Counted from the stretch's first letter, positions 32,174 to 42,226 are shown. The stretch: 64,000 nucleotides of DNA from an uncultured delta proteobacterium (GCA_963716725.1 CAVQUB010000027.1:1-64000), one strand, 5' to 3'. The notes: generated by a model from the sequence alone, not told the origin. Translations and numbers: made by a program.

Positions 32174-33409
32174 TCAGCAGCCGGCGAAGATCGCACGGAT
32201 CTCATCGGCTCGCGCCCTTGCGTCACTCAGACCGAGATCGATCAGTCGCTCGGCGAAGCCGCCGTCGAACAAGAGATACGAAGCCCAATCCGCTTCCTGG
32301 CTCATGCCTTCGACGGCGGAGCGTGCGAGAAAGCGCTCGAGCAACGGATTGAGTTCGGTCGTCCGACGCATGGTCCGGAGATATTCGCCAGCGAGTCGCC
32401 CGATGTCCTCGGAGGGCGTGAACACCAAGGTGTCCAGCCGCCGATAGCCCACGCCGCGGCTCTTGACCAAGACCTCCTGCACGCGGGCAAACTCCGCCTC
32501 ACCCAGGGTGCTTTCCAGCACTTCCACCAGCTCGTTGAGCCGCTTGAGCACCTGCAGATCTTGTTTGACAGGGTCGAGCAGGAGCGCGTTGAGCAATTTT
32601 CCGATGAGGAACATCGGACCGAGGTCCATGCCCTCGACCTCCTCGTGTTCGACCTCCAGAGCCCTCGCCTCGACGTCGCTCACCCGGTGACTCACCGAAA
32701 TGACCAAGAGCGGATCGGCTCCGGCTCGAATCGCCGGCGCGATCGGCGTATTGAAGCGCAGGCCCCCGTCGCAGTAGAACCGCTCACCGACCTTGCGGGT
32801 CGGGAAGAGGAGCGGAATCGCCGCCGAGGCCAGCACGTGGTCGATGCCGATGGACTCGACGCGAGCGACGCGCGTTCCCGAAACGGACGGCGCGTAGTGG
32901 ATGTGCGGAGACACCTCGGCGAACACCGTCGTCTTCCCCGAGACGACGTGCAGCGCCGCGATCAGGAGCGCGTGTACCCGACCCTCGCGCACGTTGTCGC
33001 GGAGCTTTGCAAAGTCCACCGCTCCCGCCACGAGCTTCTCGAGTTCGCGCGTGTCGAGCAAGCTGGTGCCCGGCGGGATGCTCGCAGGCACCGTCCGGAA
33101 GAGCTCCGTGATCCGGCGCGGCCAGCGCATCAACCCCATCAGACGCAGCTTGGCGTGGGTCTCGAGCCGAAGGCTGCGCCAGATGCCGAGCAGGTCATTC
33201 ACTCGGTGGTCTCCGCGATCGGCGGCCGACGCCAGGAACGCCGCGTTGATGGCACCGACCGAGGTGCCGGACATCACGCGAAAGAGCGGCGGATCCTCGG
33301 GCTTGCGACCGAGCGCCGCCATCACCCCAGCGATGACGCCGGCTTCGTAGGCGCCGCGCATACCCCCGCCCGACAGCACGATCCCAGGGGTTTTTACGGG
33401 GCTCGCCAC
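32174..33409 (-). CDS. Patatin-like phospholipase
   Basis: LSGGGMRGAYEAG, GTSVG and DGG motifs; start uncertain. Confidence 0.9.
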   Translation of the reverse strand: MASPVKTPGIVLSGGGMRGAYEAGVIAGVMAALGRKPEDPPLFRVMSGTSVGAINAAFLASAADRGDHRVNDLLGIWRSLRLETHAKLRLMGLMRWPRRITELFRTVPASIPPGTSLLDTRELEKLVAGAVDFAKLRDNVREGRVHALLIAALHVVSGKTTVFAEVSPHIHYAPSVSGTRVARVESIGIDHVLASAAIPLLFPTRKVGERFYCDGGLRFNTPIAPAIRAGADPLLVISVSHRVSDVEARALEVEHEEVEGMDLGPMFLIGKLLNALLLDPVKQDLQVLKRLNELVEVLESTLGEAEFARVQEVLVKSRGVGYRRLDTLVFTPSEDIGRLAGEYLRTMRRTTELNPLLERFLARSAVEGMSQEADWASYLLFDGGFAERLIDLGLSDARARADEIRAIFAGC

Positions 33410-33455
33410 CAACCCAGAGCTTAGCGCGGCCGCGCTCGGTGGGCTGAGTTTCTGC

Positions 33456-33752
33456 TCAACCGGAGCTCGCGTCCCAAGGCCACGGCCAGGCGTCGACCTC
33501 AGCTCCCGTGCCCGCGTCGCCCGCGTCGCCCGCGTCGCCAGGACAACCGGCGAAGTCGTCGCTGCACACCCCGCCGCGGGTCGAACACACCGAGCCGCAC
33601 TGACACGGCGCCGACTCGACTCGCAGCTTCGTCCCATCGGCACACTCGCAGACGCCCTCGTGGCACCCACCGCAGGCTCCGCCCGAGACGCACACGGTCC
33701 AGGTGAGGACCGCGAGGAAGGTCCCCACAATGCGCCGTGGCCATGGCTTCAT
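33456..33752 (-). CDS. Small Cys-rich secreted protein
   Basis: Signal-like N-terminus, multiple Cys, GDAGDAGDAG repeat. Confidence 0.45.
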   Translation of the reverse strand: MKPWPRRIVGTFLAVLTWTVCVSGGACGGCHEGVCECADGTKLRVESAPCQCGSVCSTRGGVCSDDFAGCPGDAGDAGDAGTGAEVDAWPWPWDASSG

Positions 33753-33784
33753 CGAGCGCCGATCGTATCACCAACTCGTCGCGC

Positions 33785-34429
33785 ATGAAGTACGCTTCGT
33801 CGATGCGCTCCGCACTGCTCCTGATCGCCTTGGGCGTTGGCGCATGCGGGGCGAGCAAGGGCGGACCGCGCGGGACCCCCGAGCCGCCGCGCGCGCCGCC
33901 AGCGGAGCCCGAACCCCTGTCGGTTCCGTTTCGGGTGCTCTCACCGGCCGAGCCTGTCCCGGACTTCCGGCTGCGGACGGAAGGCGGTCACCTTCTGGAG
34001 TCGAAGGCGTGGCTCGGCACGCGAGCGTTCGTCGTCGTGTTCTTCTCGACCTGGTGCCAAGTGTGCGAGATGAAGCTCCCGCTCGTGAAGCAAGCCGTGG
34101 CTCCACACCCGGATCTGCCCGTCGTGCTGGTGTCCCTGGACGACGCCGACACCTGGAGCAGCGTCCCAGCTTTCGTGCGGCGCTTCGGCCTCGGTCAGAC
34201 CCTGGTCCGCGGCAGCACCTTCCCGCGCTTCTCCCTGGCCTACGCGCCGCTCCAGACCGTCCCAGTCGTGGCCGTGATCGGCAGAAATGGTCACTTGGTC
34301 GACTATCAAGTCGGCTACTCCCCGCGGCACGGGCCGCGGCTGGCCGCCGCCATCGAGCTGGCGGTGCGCATGCCGCCGGACGCGCCTCCCTTCTTGGAGT
34401 CCCCTGACCGGGAGCCGCCTGATCTATGA
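33785..34429 (+). CDS. TlpA-like thiol-disulfide reductase lipoprotein
   Basis: VGAC lipobox; FFSTWCQVC and TVP motifs. Confidence 0.82.
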   Translation: MKYASSMRSALLLIALGVGACGASKGGPRGTPEPPRAPPAEPEPLSVPFRVLSPAEPVPDFRLRTEGGHLLESKAWLGTRAFVVVFFSTWCQVCEMKLPLVKQAVAPHPDLPVVLVSLDDADTWSSVPAFVRRFGLGQTLVRGSTFPRFSLAYAPLQTVPVVAVIGRNGHLVDYQVGYSPRHGPRLAAAIELAVRMPPDAPPFLESPDREPPDL

Positions 34430-34436
34430 TCGGTCC

Positions 34437-35399
34437 ATGATGCCCTCGACGGAAGCCGCCCTGACGCTCGACGCCTTCGGGCTCAGCGATATCGGCTTGG
34501 TTCGCAAAACCAACGAGGACGTGATCGTGATCCGCGAAGATCTCGCGCTTTACGCCGTGTTCGACGGCGCTGGAGGTCACGACGCTGGAGACATCGCCGC
34601 GCAAGCCGCTGCGCGGTCGGTCCAAAAGCACTTGGCCGAGACCCAATCAGAGGCCATGTCGCAGCCCGAATTCGACTCCTTCGGCATCGCCCTCGAGGGG
34701 CGCCGACTGGCGACCGCCACGCACCAGGCCAACAAAAGCGTCACCGACATCGCCAAAGCGGCGAAGAGCCGCCGCGGCATGGGCACCACGGTGGTGGCGC
34801 TGCTGTTCTCCAGGCGTTCGTCCTTGGTGCATGTCGTGCACGCGGGCGATAGCCGCTGCTACCGCTTGCGTGCCGGTAACCTCGAGCAACTGACGGTGGA
34901 TCACTCGATGATCAACGACGTCATCGAACAACGCCCCGACCTCGAGGACAGCGTGCTCTCGAGCCTGCCGCAACACGCCGTGACCCGCGCCCTGGGCATG
35001 GAAGACCGCCTGCGAGTTCCCTTGGCATCGCATCAAGTCGTGGACGGCGATCGCTTTCTACTGTGCAGCGACGGGCTCTCGGGCGAGGTCACTCCCGAAG
35101 CCATCGCCAGCGCCCTCGCCCGCCGGCACCCGCCGGCCGAGACCGTGGTCGCGCTGATCGACCTGGCCAAGGGCGAAGGGGGCTCGGACAATGTCTCGGC
35201 GGTCGTGATCGATTGCCACGGCCCGCGCCGCGCTGCCGTTCCGGTCTACGATCGCTCGAGCATCGACTGGTCTCCGGACGATTCGGCCTCCGCACCCGAG
35301 GTCTTGCTGCTCGGCATCGAAGAGCTGGCTCTCGACGAGATCGTCGGCGCCGACGTGGACGATCTCGGCGCCGTGCTCGAGCGACTCCTGAGGAAATGA
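34437..35399 (+). CDS. PP2C-family Ser/Thr protein phosphatase
   Basis: SDIGLVRKTNED, VFDGAGG, GMGTT, GDSRCY, LLCSDGL and GSDN motifs. Confidence 0.92.
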   Translation: MMPSTEAALTLDAFGLSDIGLVRKTNEDVIVIREDLALYAVFDGAGGHDAGDIAAQAAARSVQKHLAETQSEAMSQPEFDSFGIALEGRRLATATHQANKSVTDIAKAAKSRRGMGTTVVALLFSRRSSLVHVVHAGDSRCYRLRAGNLEQLTVDHSMINDVIEQRPDLEDSVLSSLPQHAVTRALGMEDRLRVPLASHQVVDGDRFLLCSDGLSGEVTPEAIASALARRHPPAETVVALIDLAKGEGGSDNVSAVVIDCHGPRRAAVPVYDRSSIDWSPDDSASAPEVLLLGIEELALDEIVGADVDDLGAVLERLLRK

Positions 35400-36520
35400 G
35401 CATGGACCCCCAGACCCCTCGTCATCGAGTTCACGAGCCTCAGCTCTGCTCCGCGGATCTGCCCGCCGCTGGCGGCGCCATCGGACCGGAGCCGGAGGAC
35501 TTCCGCGTCGACGAAGTGCTGGACTGGCCCCTGGAGGGCACCGGCGATCACGTCTGGCTCCGAATCGAGAAGCGCTTGCTCAACACGCAGGACGCCATCG
35601 AAATCGTGGCGCGCGCGGCGGGGATCCGCGGCCGCGACGTGGGCAGCGCAGGCATGAAGGACAAACATGCGGTGACCGCCCAGTGGCTCTCGATCCCCGC
35701 CAACGTCAAGGACCCGTCGACCTGGCAGTTGCCGGATTCGCTGCGCATCCTCGAATCTACGCGACACCCGAAGAAGCTCCGCACCGGACAGCTGGCGGGC
35801 AATCGCTTCACCATCCGCCTGGTCGGCGTGCCCGCTGGGGGCGCCGCTCGAGCAGAGGCCATCGTCGCTCGGCTTCAGGAGCGCGGGCTGCCGAATCACT
35901 TTGGTGCGCAGCGCTTCGGCATCGACGGGAAGAACCTCGCCCGCGCGGTGGAGTGGCTCGCGTCAGGAGCGCGGGGCGACCAGAAACGGGGGCGCTTTTA
36001 TACCAAGCTCTACCCGAGCGTGGTGCAATCCGAGGTGTTCAATCGCTATCTGACCTTGCGCTCCGAGCTCGGTCTTACGCGGCTGATCCCCGGCGACGTG
36101 GTCCGCCTCGAGGGTTCGGGATCGGTCTTCCTGGTCGAGGACCCCGAGCGTGAGCAATCCCGCCTCGACGAGGGAGACATCCACCTGACAGGCCCGATGC
36201 CCGGGCCGAAGATGCGCCGCGCGTCCGGCGCTGCACTCGAGCTCGAGGAGCGCGCCGCCCGGGACGCCGGCTGCGACGCGGATCTCTTGGACAAGCTGGG
36301 GCGATTCGTCGACGGCACTCGGCGCGACCTGCTGATCCAGCCAGGAGAACCGACGTTGTCGGAACCCGAGCCGGGGCAGCTCGTGCTCTCTTTCTTCTTG
36401 CCCGCGGGCAGCTACGCCACCGAGCTGATCCGCGAGCTGACCCGCGCTCCCTTCTTCTCACCGCGACAGGACCGGCCTCCGTTGGCAGCGGAGGGCTCGC
36501 GGGGTAACCTGCCGCCCCTG
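35396..36520 (+). CDS. truD: tRNA pseudouridine(13) synthase; reads in frame into a TerB-like gene
   Basis: PEDFRVDE, AGMKDKHAVT.QW, GNRF, PNHFGAQRFG and FFLPAGSYAT motifs. Confidence 0.9.
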
Positions 36521-36946
36521 ATGAACCGCTTCGACATGACTGACGCGCAGGATCTCCCCCCCCCAAAGCTCGAGGCGCTGGTCGAAATGATGTTCCTCGC
36601 AGCCTTTGCCGACGGCGAGTTCAGCGAGGCAGAACAGGCCCACTTCAAGCAGAGCCTCCAGTCGCTGACCAGCTCCCGACTCGCGGCGGACGAGGTCGAC
36701 GCGCTGCTCTCGCGGGTGAAGACCGATGTCGGCACCCACGGCCGGGAGGCACGGCTCGTTTCGGTCAAAGAGCGGCTGCCGGAACCCGGCCTTCGCAAGG
36801 TCGCCCTCGCGCTGGCGATCCAGGTCACCGCCGCCGATGGCATCATCCGCACCAGCGAGCGCGAACTGATCATGGAGACGGCGGATGCGCTGGAGGTCGA
36901 CCGCGACGAGGCTGCGGATCTGGTCCGCAAGCTCGCTCCGGGCTGA
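36521..36946 (+). CDS. TerB-like tellurite resistance domain protein
   Basis: AAFADGEFSEAE and AADGIIRTSERELI motifs. Confidence 0.75.
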   Translation: MNRFDMTDAQDLPPPKLEALVEMMFLAAFADGEFSEAEQAHFKQSLQSLTSSRLAADEVDALLSRVKTDVGTHGREARLVSVKERLPEPGLRKVALALAIQVTAADGIIRTSERELIMETADALEVDRDEAADLVRKLAPG

Positions 36947-36947
36947 G

Positions 36948-38024
36948 TCAAGGGCGTTTGGGCCCCACGCTCGCGCCGGTCCTCCGCGCTTCAGCCCGCT
37001 CCCGCGCCTCGTGACGGCGCTCCCCTTCGGCGGTGACTTGTCCAACGGGCAAGCGCGCGGCCGAGTCGTCCGTCGCAGCGCTGGGCTCGTCGGAGTCCTG
37101 CTGGATCTTCTTCACGATGGCCTCCCGCGACACAAACACCGGCTGCAGCTCGGCCGGATCGTAGCCGTTGCCCCGGTCGAAGAGCCCGCCACAGATGGGG
37201 CGCAGCGTGCACGCCTCGCAGGCCGAGGCGTAGATATGCTGCCAACCGGTCTGACGCACGGTCTGCTTCTCGTCCAAGAAATGCACGATCCGCTCCTCGT
37301 GCTTGACGATCTTGCGAGTCTCGGTGCTCGCCCAGGCGAAGTCCGCCATGTAGCAGAGCGGGACCTTCTCCACTCGAAACGTGCGCCCGGTCTGCTGTAA
37401 GAACGACAGGGCGCGATGTAGCGACAGCTCGAAGTCGGCGAGGCGCGGCGTGAAGCGCTCCTTGTCGTGCTCCGCCCGACCCATGGAGGGATCCAAGTTG
37501 TTCCAGACGAAGTGCCGAACGTAGGGGTGGTGCTCGACGAGGTAGCGGACGTTCTCGTCGAGGTGATCGGCGTTGTCGCGGCACACCACCGAGTTCACGT
37601 TGATCGTGATGCCGGCAGCGTGCGCCGAGTCGAGGGCCGCAAAGGCCCGGTCGAGGGTGCCAGGCAGACCGCGCAGGCGCGCTTCGACCTCGGGTCGAAC
37701 GCTGTAGATCGACACGTGCACCAGCTCGACGCCGGACTCGGCCAGCGCCTCGGCGAAGCTCGCTTCGGCCAGGCGCGAGCCGTTGGTGATGATGCGAACG
37801 TGAAGCCCCTGCTGCCGCGCGTAGGCGGCGATGCGCGGCAACTCGGGATGCAGCGTGGGCTCCCCGCCGGTCAGGATCACGCCGAAGTAGCCGCGACGGA
37901 CCAGGTCGTCGACGAGCACCCGCATCGTCTCGAAGGTGTGGACGAAGGGCGTGCTGGGGTTGGAGCAGAAGCCGCAGAAGTGGTTGCAGTGACGGACGAC
38001 CTGGATGTATCCGAGGTTGGCCAT
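36948..38024 (-). CDS. Radical SAM protein with C-terminal Cys cluster
   Basis: CNHFCGFC, LTGGEPT and TNG motifs; VPLCY and CEACTLRPICGG. Confidence 0.88.
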   Translation of the reverse strand: MANLGYIQVVRHCNHFCGFCSNPSTPFVHTFETMRVLVDDLVRRGYFGVILTGGEPTLHPELPRIAAYARQQGLHVRIITNGSRLAEASFAEALAESGVELVHVSIYSVRPEVEARLRGLPGTLDRAFAALDSAHAAGITINVNSVVCRDNADHLDENVRYLVEHHPYVRHFVWNNLDPSMGRAEHDKERFTPRLADFELSLHRALSFLQQTGRTFRVEKVPLCYMADFAWASTETRKIVKHEERIVHFLDEKQTVRQTGWQHIYASACEACTLRPICGGLFDRGNGYDPAELQPVFVSREAIVKKIQQDSDEPSAATDDSAARLPVGQVTAEGERRHEARERAEARRTGASVGPKRP

Positions 38025-38152
38025 CGCTGAACAAGAGTAGTGCTGGATCGCTCGTGCGCCCAGCGCTTCGAGCCATTCGTGCAGTGTGCTGGCGGGATTT
38101 TCCGACGTTTGTTTGGGCGAATCACCGGGCTCATGGAACAGATGGAGGAGTG

Positions 38153-39136
38153 ATGCGCAGCGCCGCCCTGCTCTCGATGGCCCTCGTTGGGGTGGGGTGC
38201 GCCCGTGAGGCGATGCCGTCGCGGCCAATGCAGCCGATCTACTACCCCGGCTCGGTGCACGCTTGGACCGCTCCACCGCCGGGCGCAGTCCCGCTCACGC
38301 AGCAGCCGCACTACGCGGCGCTCACGGTCCCGCCGGTCGTCGAAGTCGCCGCGCCGGTTGCGCTGCCCACGCCCTCCGCGGCCTCACGCCCGGACGTGCC
38401 CTTCCTGTCGAGCGCCGAGATCCCGAGCGGCGACGCCTGCCTCGCGGAGCTCGCAAAGACCAAGATCGTCCACCACCGCCTCGACGAGAAACGCGGAGTG
38501 AGCACGCCTGTCGAGGTCAGCGGGAAGATCGGCGGAATCAGTTTCGAGCGCAGCATGGTCGCGGACTGCCGCTTCGTCCTCGCCTTGCATCGTATTGCTC
38601 CCGTGTTGGCCGAACTGGGAGTGAACACCATGCGCTTCTCCGGGGCGTACACCTACCGGATGAGCCGGGTGGGTCGCCTCAGCCTGCACGCTCACGGTCT
38701 GGCCCTCGACGTGCACGAGGTTCGCTTCGGCTCGAAGTGGCAGTCGGTGGAGAAGGACTTCGCCCGAGGGCTCGCCGACGGCTGCGCGAGCTCGAGCCCA
38801 GCACTGAACCAGCTGGCCTGCCGGCTCAAGGCGACGCGGCTCTTCAAGGAGCTCTTGACGCCCGACTACAACGCCGACCACGCGAACCACCTGCACCTGG
38901 CCATCGCGTCGACCGACCTCCCCAAGCCGGTAGTTTCCCGGCAGAAGCCCAAGCCGCGGGTGATCGCCGAACCGGAGCCACCCGTCGACGACGGCGAACC
39001 CACCGTCGAGCTCGAGCCAGAGACTACGCCGCCCAAGTCGCCGCCCAACGCTCGCAAGCAGCAGCCCAAGGCCAAGCCGACCCGACCGGCGAAGCACCGG
39101 CCGTTGGCCACTTCCCCTGGCCCCATCGCGTCGTAG
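38153..39136 (+). CDS. Extensin-like C-terminal domain lipoprotein (M15-like Zn site)
   Basis: VGC lipobox; LSLHAHGLALDV and LTPDYNADHANHLH motifs. Confidence 0.82.
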   Translation: MRSAALLSMALVGVGCAREAMPSRPMQPIYYPGSVHAWTAPPPGAVPLTQQPHYAALTVPPVVEVAAPVALPTPSAASRPDVPFLSSAEIPSGDACLAELAKTKIVHHRLDEKRGVSTPVEVSGKIGGISFERSMVADCRFVLALHRIAPVLAELGVNTMRFSGAYTYRMSRVGRLSLHAHGLALDVHEVRFGSKWQSVEKDFARGLADGCASSSPALNQLACRLKATRLFKELLTPDYNADHANHLHLAIASTDLPKPVVSRQKPKPRVIAEPEPPVDDGEPTVELEPETTPPKSPPNARKQQPKAKPTRPAKHRPLATSPGPIAS

Positions 39137-39251
39137 GGACCGCAACGCTTTCGCCGTCGCGGCCGGGTCACGCAGCGGGTGCGGCCCAGCCAGGGAGGAC
39201 GCGCGCGAGTCTACGTGAGACTCGGCGTTGGTACGGCTCATGCAGCTCGGG

Positions 39252-39692
39252 ATGCCCATGAGCGGGATGCCCTCCCTGGGAAGTGTGATGACGCCGCTGC
39301 CCCACTCGATCGACGTGGGGCAGGATGTCGTGACGGCGCGGGTGTTGATGGAGGAACACGGCATTCACCACCTAGCGGTGACCAGCAACGGCAAGATCGC
39401 GGGAGTGGTCACCGACCGCGACATTCAAGTGGCGGGCTCCCTGGCGCCAGAGCGCGAAGGTGAGCTGTTGGTTCGCGAGGTATGTCACATGCCCGCGTAC
39501 GTCGCCGAGGCGGCCGAGCCCCTCGACGTCGTGCTCGACGAGATGGCCGATCGTCAGCTGAGTTCCGTCGTCGTCGTCGATCATTCGGGCCAACTGCTGG
39601 GCATCTTGACCCTCACCGATGTGTGTCGGCTCTTCGCCCGCGCGCTCGAGGGACGCTATCCCCAGAAGTCGCGTCCGGTTCGGACGGGTTAG
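39252..39692 (+). CDS. CBS domain pair protein
   Basis: VMTP..LMEEHGIHHL..GVVTDRDI and VVD..LLGILTLTD; start uncertain. Confidence 0.85.
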   Translation: MPMSGMPSLGSVMTPLPHSIDVGQDVVTARVLMEEHGIHHLAVTSNGKIAGVVTDRDIQVAGSLAPEREGELLVREVCHMPAYVAEAAEPLDVVLDEMADRQLSSVVVVDHSGQLLGILTLTDVCRLFARALEGRYPQKSRPVRTG

Positions 39693-40417
39693 AGCGTCGG
39701 CAGCACGAAGTGCTCTCGCAGGAGCTGCGCCGTGAAGCTCGCGCGCAGGTAGAACCCCTTGGGCATGGCGTCGAAGATCGCGCCGTCGCGGTCGGTTCCG
39801 CGCCGGCGCGAGCGTGAGTTCGCAGCCTTGGGGCGGATCTGCAGGCACTGACCCAGGTGTCCGGTGATGCTCTCGACGTCGCCGCGACCGATGATGCCGG
39901 CCAGCTCTTCCCAATCGAAGCGCAGCGCGCTCTCTTGCAGTCGGCTCGGGCTCCAGATCAGCGGCTCACCCAAGCGGCGCGCCGCGGGCGCGAGACTCCG
40001 CTCCCCCTGCACCGGCACCCACAGCACTCGCCGCAACTTGCGCAGAACCGGCGAGTCTTCCCACTCGAGATTCGCGACCTCGGTCAGCGGAATGGTGCAC
40101 ACGAAGGTGGACTCGACGGGGCGCCCCTGGGCATCCACCGGTAAGGTCTTGAGCTCGACGCCGAGCGCCGAGAAGTCGGGCAGAGCGCGCGGGCCAGCGT
40201 CCGCTCCGAGCACGCGCTCGATGAGCCCACCCACAAAGCCCTTGGCGCGGCGCAAATCCAGCGGGCACGGGAGACCGAGCTCGGCCGCTACCTCTCCGAT
40301 CGTGCGCCCGGCCAGCGCGCGGGCGCGGATGACGAGCTCGGTCTCGGAGCGGGGGCGGGGAGGTTGCACCAAGGCCGCTTCGACGATATCCGGAAGAGGC
40401 CGATGCTCCTCCGACAT
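39689..40417 (-). CDS. mutH: MutH-family endonuclease
   Basis: KGFVG.LIE..LGA.AG, PDF..LGVELKTLPV, ESTFVC, DWEEL, LQIRPKAANS and GFYLRASFT motifs. Confidence 0.88.
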   Translation of the reverse strand: MSEEHRPLPDIVEAALVQPPRPRSETELVIRARALAGRTIGEVAAELGLPCPLDLRRAKGFVGGLIERVLGADAGPRALPDFSALGVELKTLPVDAQGRPVESTFVCTIPLTEVANLEWEDSPVLRKLRRVLWVPVQGERSLAPAARRLGEPLIWSPSRLQESALRFDWEELAGIIGRGDVESITGHLGQCLQIRPKAANSRSRRRGTDRDGAIFDAMPKGFYLRASFTAQLLREHFVLPTL

Positions 40418-41950
40418 TCAGCGCTCCTTGCCTGCTTCGCCCTGCTGGCCTGCACCAGCCGGGAACCGAAGCAGCATCCTCCCGAGGGATCTGCGGCGGC
40501 CCAGGCGAGCGATTCCCCCGCCGAACCGGTGCCCCCAGCCGCGGGGGTCAGCGCGGCGATTGCCGAACCCGCCGCGCCTCCGCCGAGCCCGAAGGAGCCG
40601 CGGGTCTACGCCAAGAGCCGCTTCGTCTGGGTCTACTCCGAGCCAAACGCCGTGGGCTGGACGGGGTTTCTGTGGCTCGGAGGCTCGGTGAAACTGAAGG
40701 ACCCCGAGCCCAAGAACGGCTCGGGCTGTACCCAGTGGTACGCCATCGAGCCTCGAGGCTACGTGTGCGTGGACGGTGTGCGGGCGACGCTCGACGAAAA
40801 CGACCCAGCGCTGGTGGCGATGCGGCCCTACGCGCCCAAGCTCTCGACGCCCTGGCCGCACCGTTACGGAGAGTCGCGCGGGGTGGTCCGCTACTCCGAG
40901 ATCCCGAAGCCCTCCGAGCAGCGAGCGCGCGAGTGGGACTACGTGGAGCACTCAGACCGGGTCGCCGCGGCCAAGCGCGGCGAGGCCGCTCACGATTCGT
41001 TGGTCGGAGTCGATCTCGCGCCCGCCACCACCGCCGCCTTCTCCCTGGGTAAGTTGCCATCGACGGTCCATGAGCCACGCAAGCGCTTGATCCCGACCTC
41101 GACGGTTGCGTACTCGGCCGAGGCCCTCGCAGACGATCGAACCTGGCTGCTCAGCGCCGACCTGCTCTGGGTGCCCAAGGACCGCGTGGTGCCGTACAAA
41201 CAGGTGGACTTCAAGGGCGTGCACCTGGGCAAGGACGCTCGGCTACCCCTGGCGTTCTTTCGCAGCAAGGACCGGCCCCAATTCCAGCTCGCCGGCGACA
41301 AGCTGATCGAGACCGCGGAGCGCTTCGAGCGACTGTCCTTCGTCGAGCTGACGGGAGAGCAGCGCGAGCAAGAAGGCAGCACCTACCTCGAGACGCGGCA
41401 GCCGGGGCGCTGGGTGAAGAAGTCCGACGCCGTCGTGCCTACGCCCCAAGAAAAGACACCCTGGGGCGCGCCGGTGGGCGGCGAAGACACCAAGCAGGGG
41501 CCCGCCGGGCGCCGCACCTGGATAGAGTCGAGCGTGTGGCAGGGCTGGATGATCGCCTTCGAAGGCACGCGTCCTGTGTTCGCGACGCTGATCGCGCCGG
41601 GGCGCGGTGGAACTCCGAAAAAGGGCGTCGACGCCATCGAAACCGCAGCCACTCCGGTGGGCGTATTCCCCATCACCGGCAAATTCGCGACCGCCACCAT
41701 GGTCGCACCGGGCGATCTGGTGCACTCCGATGTCCCGTGGGCCCAGAACTTCAGCGGTCCCCACGCGCTGCACGGCGCCTACTGGCACAACGACTGGGGT
41801 GACCGCAAGAGCGGCGGCTGCGTCAATGTCTCGCCCATCGACGGCAAGTGGCTATTCGAGTTCACCGAGCCGCCCATTCCCGACGGCTGGCACGGCGTGC
41901 GCTGGCGCCCGAACGTAGAGCCGGCGACGACCTTCATCGTTCATCATTGA
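40403..41950 (+). CDS. L,D-transpeptidase (YkuD) lipoprotein
   Basis: LLAC lipobox; TPVGVF and ALHGAYWH..SGGCVN catalytic motif. Confidence 0.88.
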   Translation: MLLRHSALLACFALLACTSREPKQHPPEGSAAAQASDSPAEPVPPAAGVSAAIAEPAAPPPSPKEPRVYAKSRFVWVYSEPNAVGWTGFLWLGGSVKLKDPEPKNGSGCTQWYAIEPRGYVCVDGVRATLDENDPALVAMRPYAPKLSTPWPHRYGESRGVVRYSEIPKPSEQRAREWDYVEHSDRVAAAKRGEAAHDSLVGVDLAPATTAAFSLGKLPSTVHEPRKRLIPTSTVAYSAEALADDRTWLLSADLLWVPKDRVVPYKQVDFKGVHLGKDARLPLAFFRSKDRPQFQLAGDKLIETAERFERLSFVELTGEQREQEGSTYLETRQPGRWVKKSDAVVPTPQEKTPWGAPVGGEDTKQGPAGRRTWIESSVWQGWMIAFEGTRPVFATLIAPGRGGTPKKGVDAIETAATPVGVFPITGKFATATMVAPGDLVHSDVPWAQNFSGPHALHGAYWHNDWGDRKSGGCVNVSPIDGKWLFEFTEPPIPDGWHGVRWRPNVEPATTFIVHH

Positions 41951-41998
41951 GAGTCCGACGGCCCAAGTCGGTACGTGCCTCATTGGTCGAAAGACCGG

Positions 41999-42070
41999 TG
42001 GAGACGACCGGGATTCGCACCCGGATCTTCGGCTTGCAACGCCGACGCCCTCCTGTTGGACGATCGCCCC
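41999..42070 (-). tRNA. Atypical tRNA-Ala(TGC) or tRNA-like gene
   Basis: Minus strand GGGGCGA-TC-GTCC-AACAGGA-GGGC-G-TCGGC-GTTGCAA-GCCGA-AGAT-CCGGG-TGCGAAT-CCCGG-TCGTCTCC-A folds as a cloverleaf; no encoded CCA. Confidence 0.75.
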
Positions 42071-42226
42071 ATCTGGCCCCTGCTCGGGGGCCGCTACCGC
42101 CCGCGGGCGGCCTACTTCGTTGCTCGGATCACGTCGAAGCCCCGGGGGGCTTGGCGAGACCGATCTTGTGACGAACGATCTTCAATTCGTACTCCTGATG
42201 TGAAGGTCCGGATCCCATGGAACACG

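Noticed and set aside
33456..33752. Cys-rich ORF as RiPP precursor for the radical SAM enzyme
   Set aside because: More than 3 kb away, separated by an opposite-strand operon, and it has a secretion-type N-terminus
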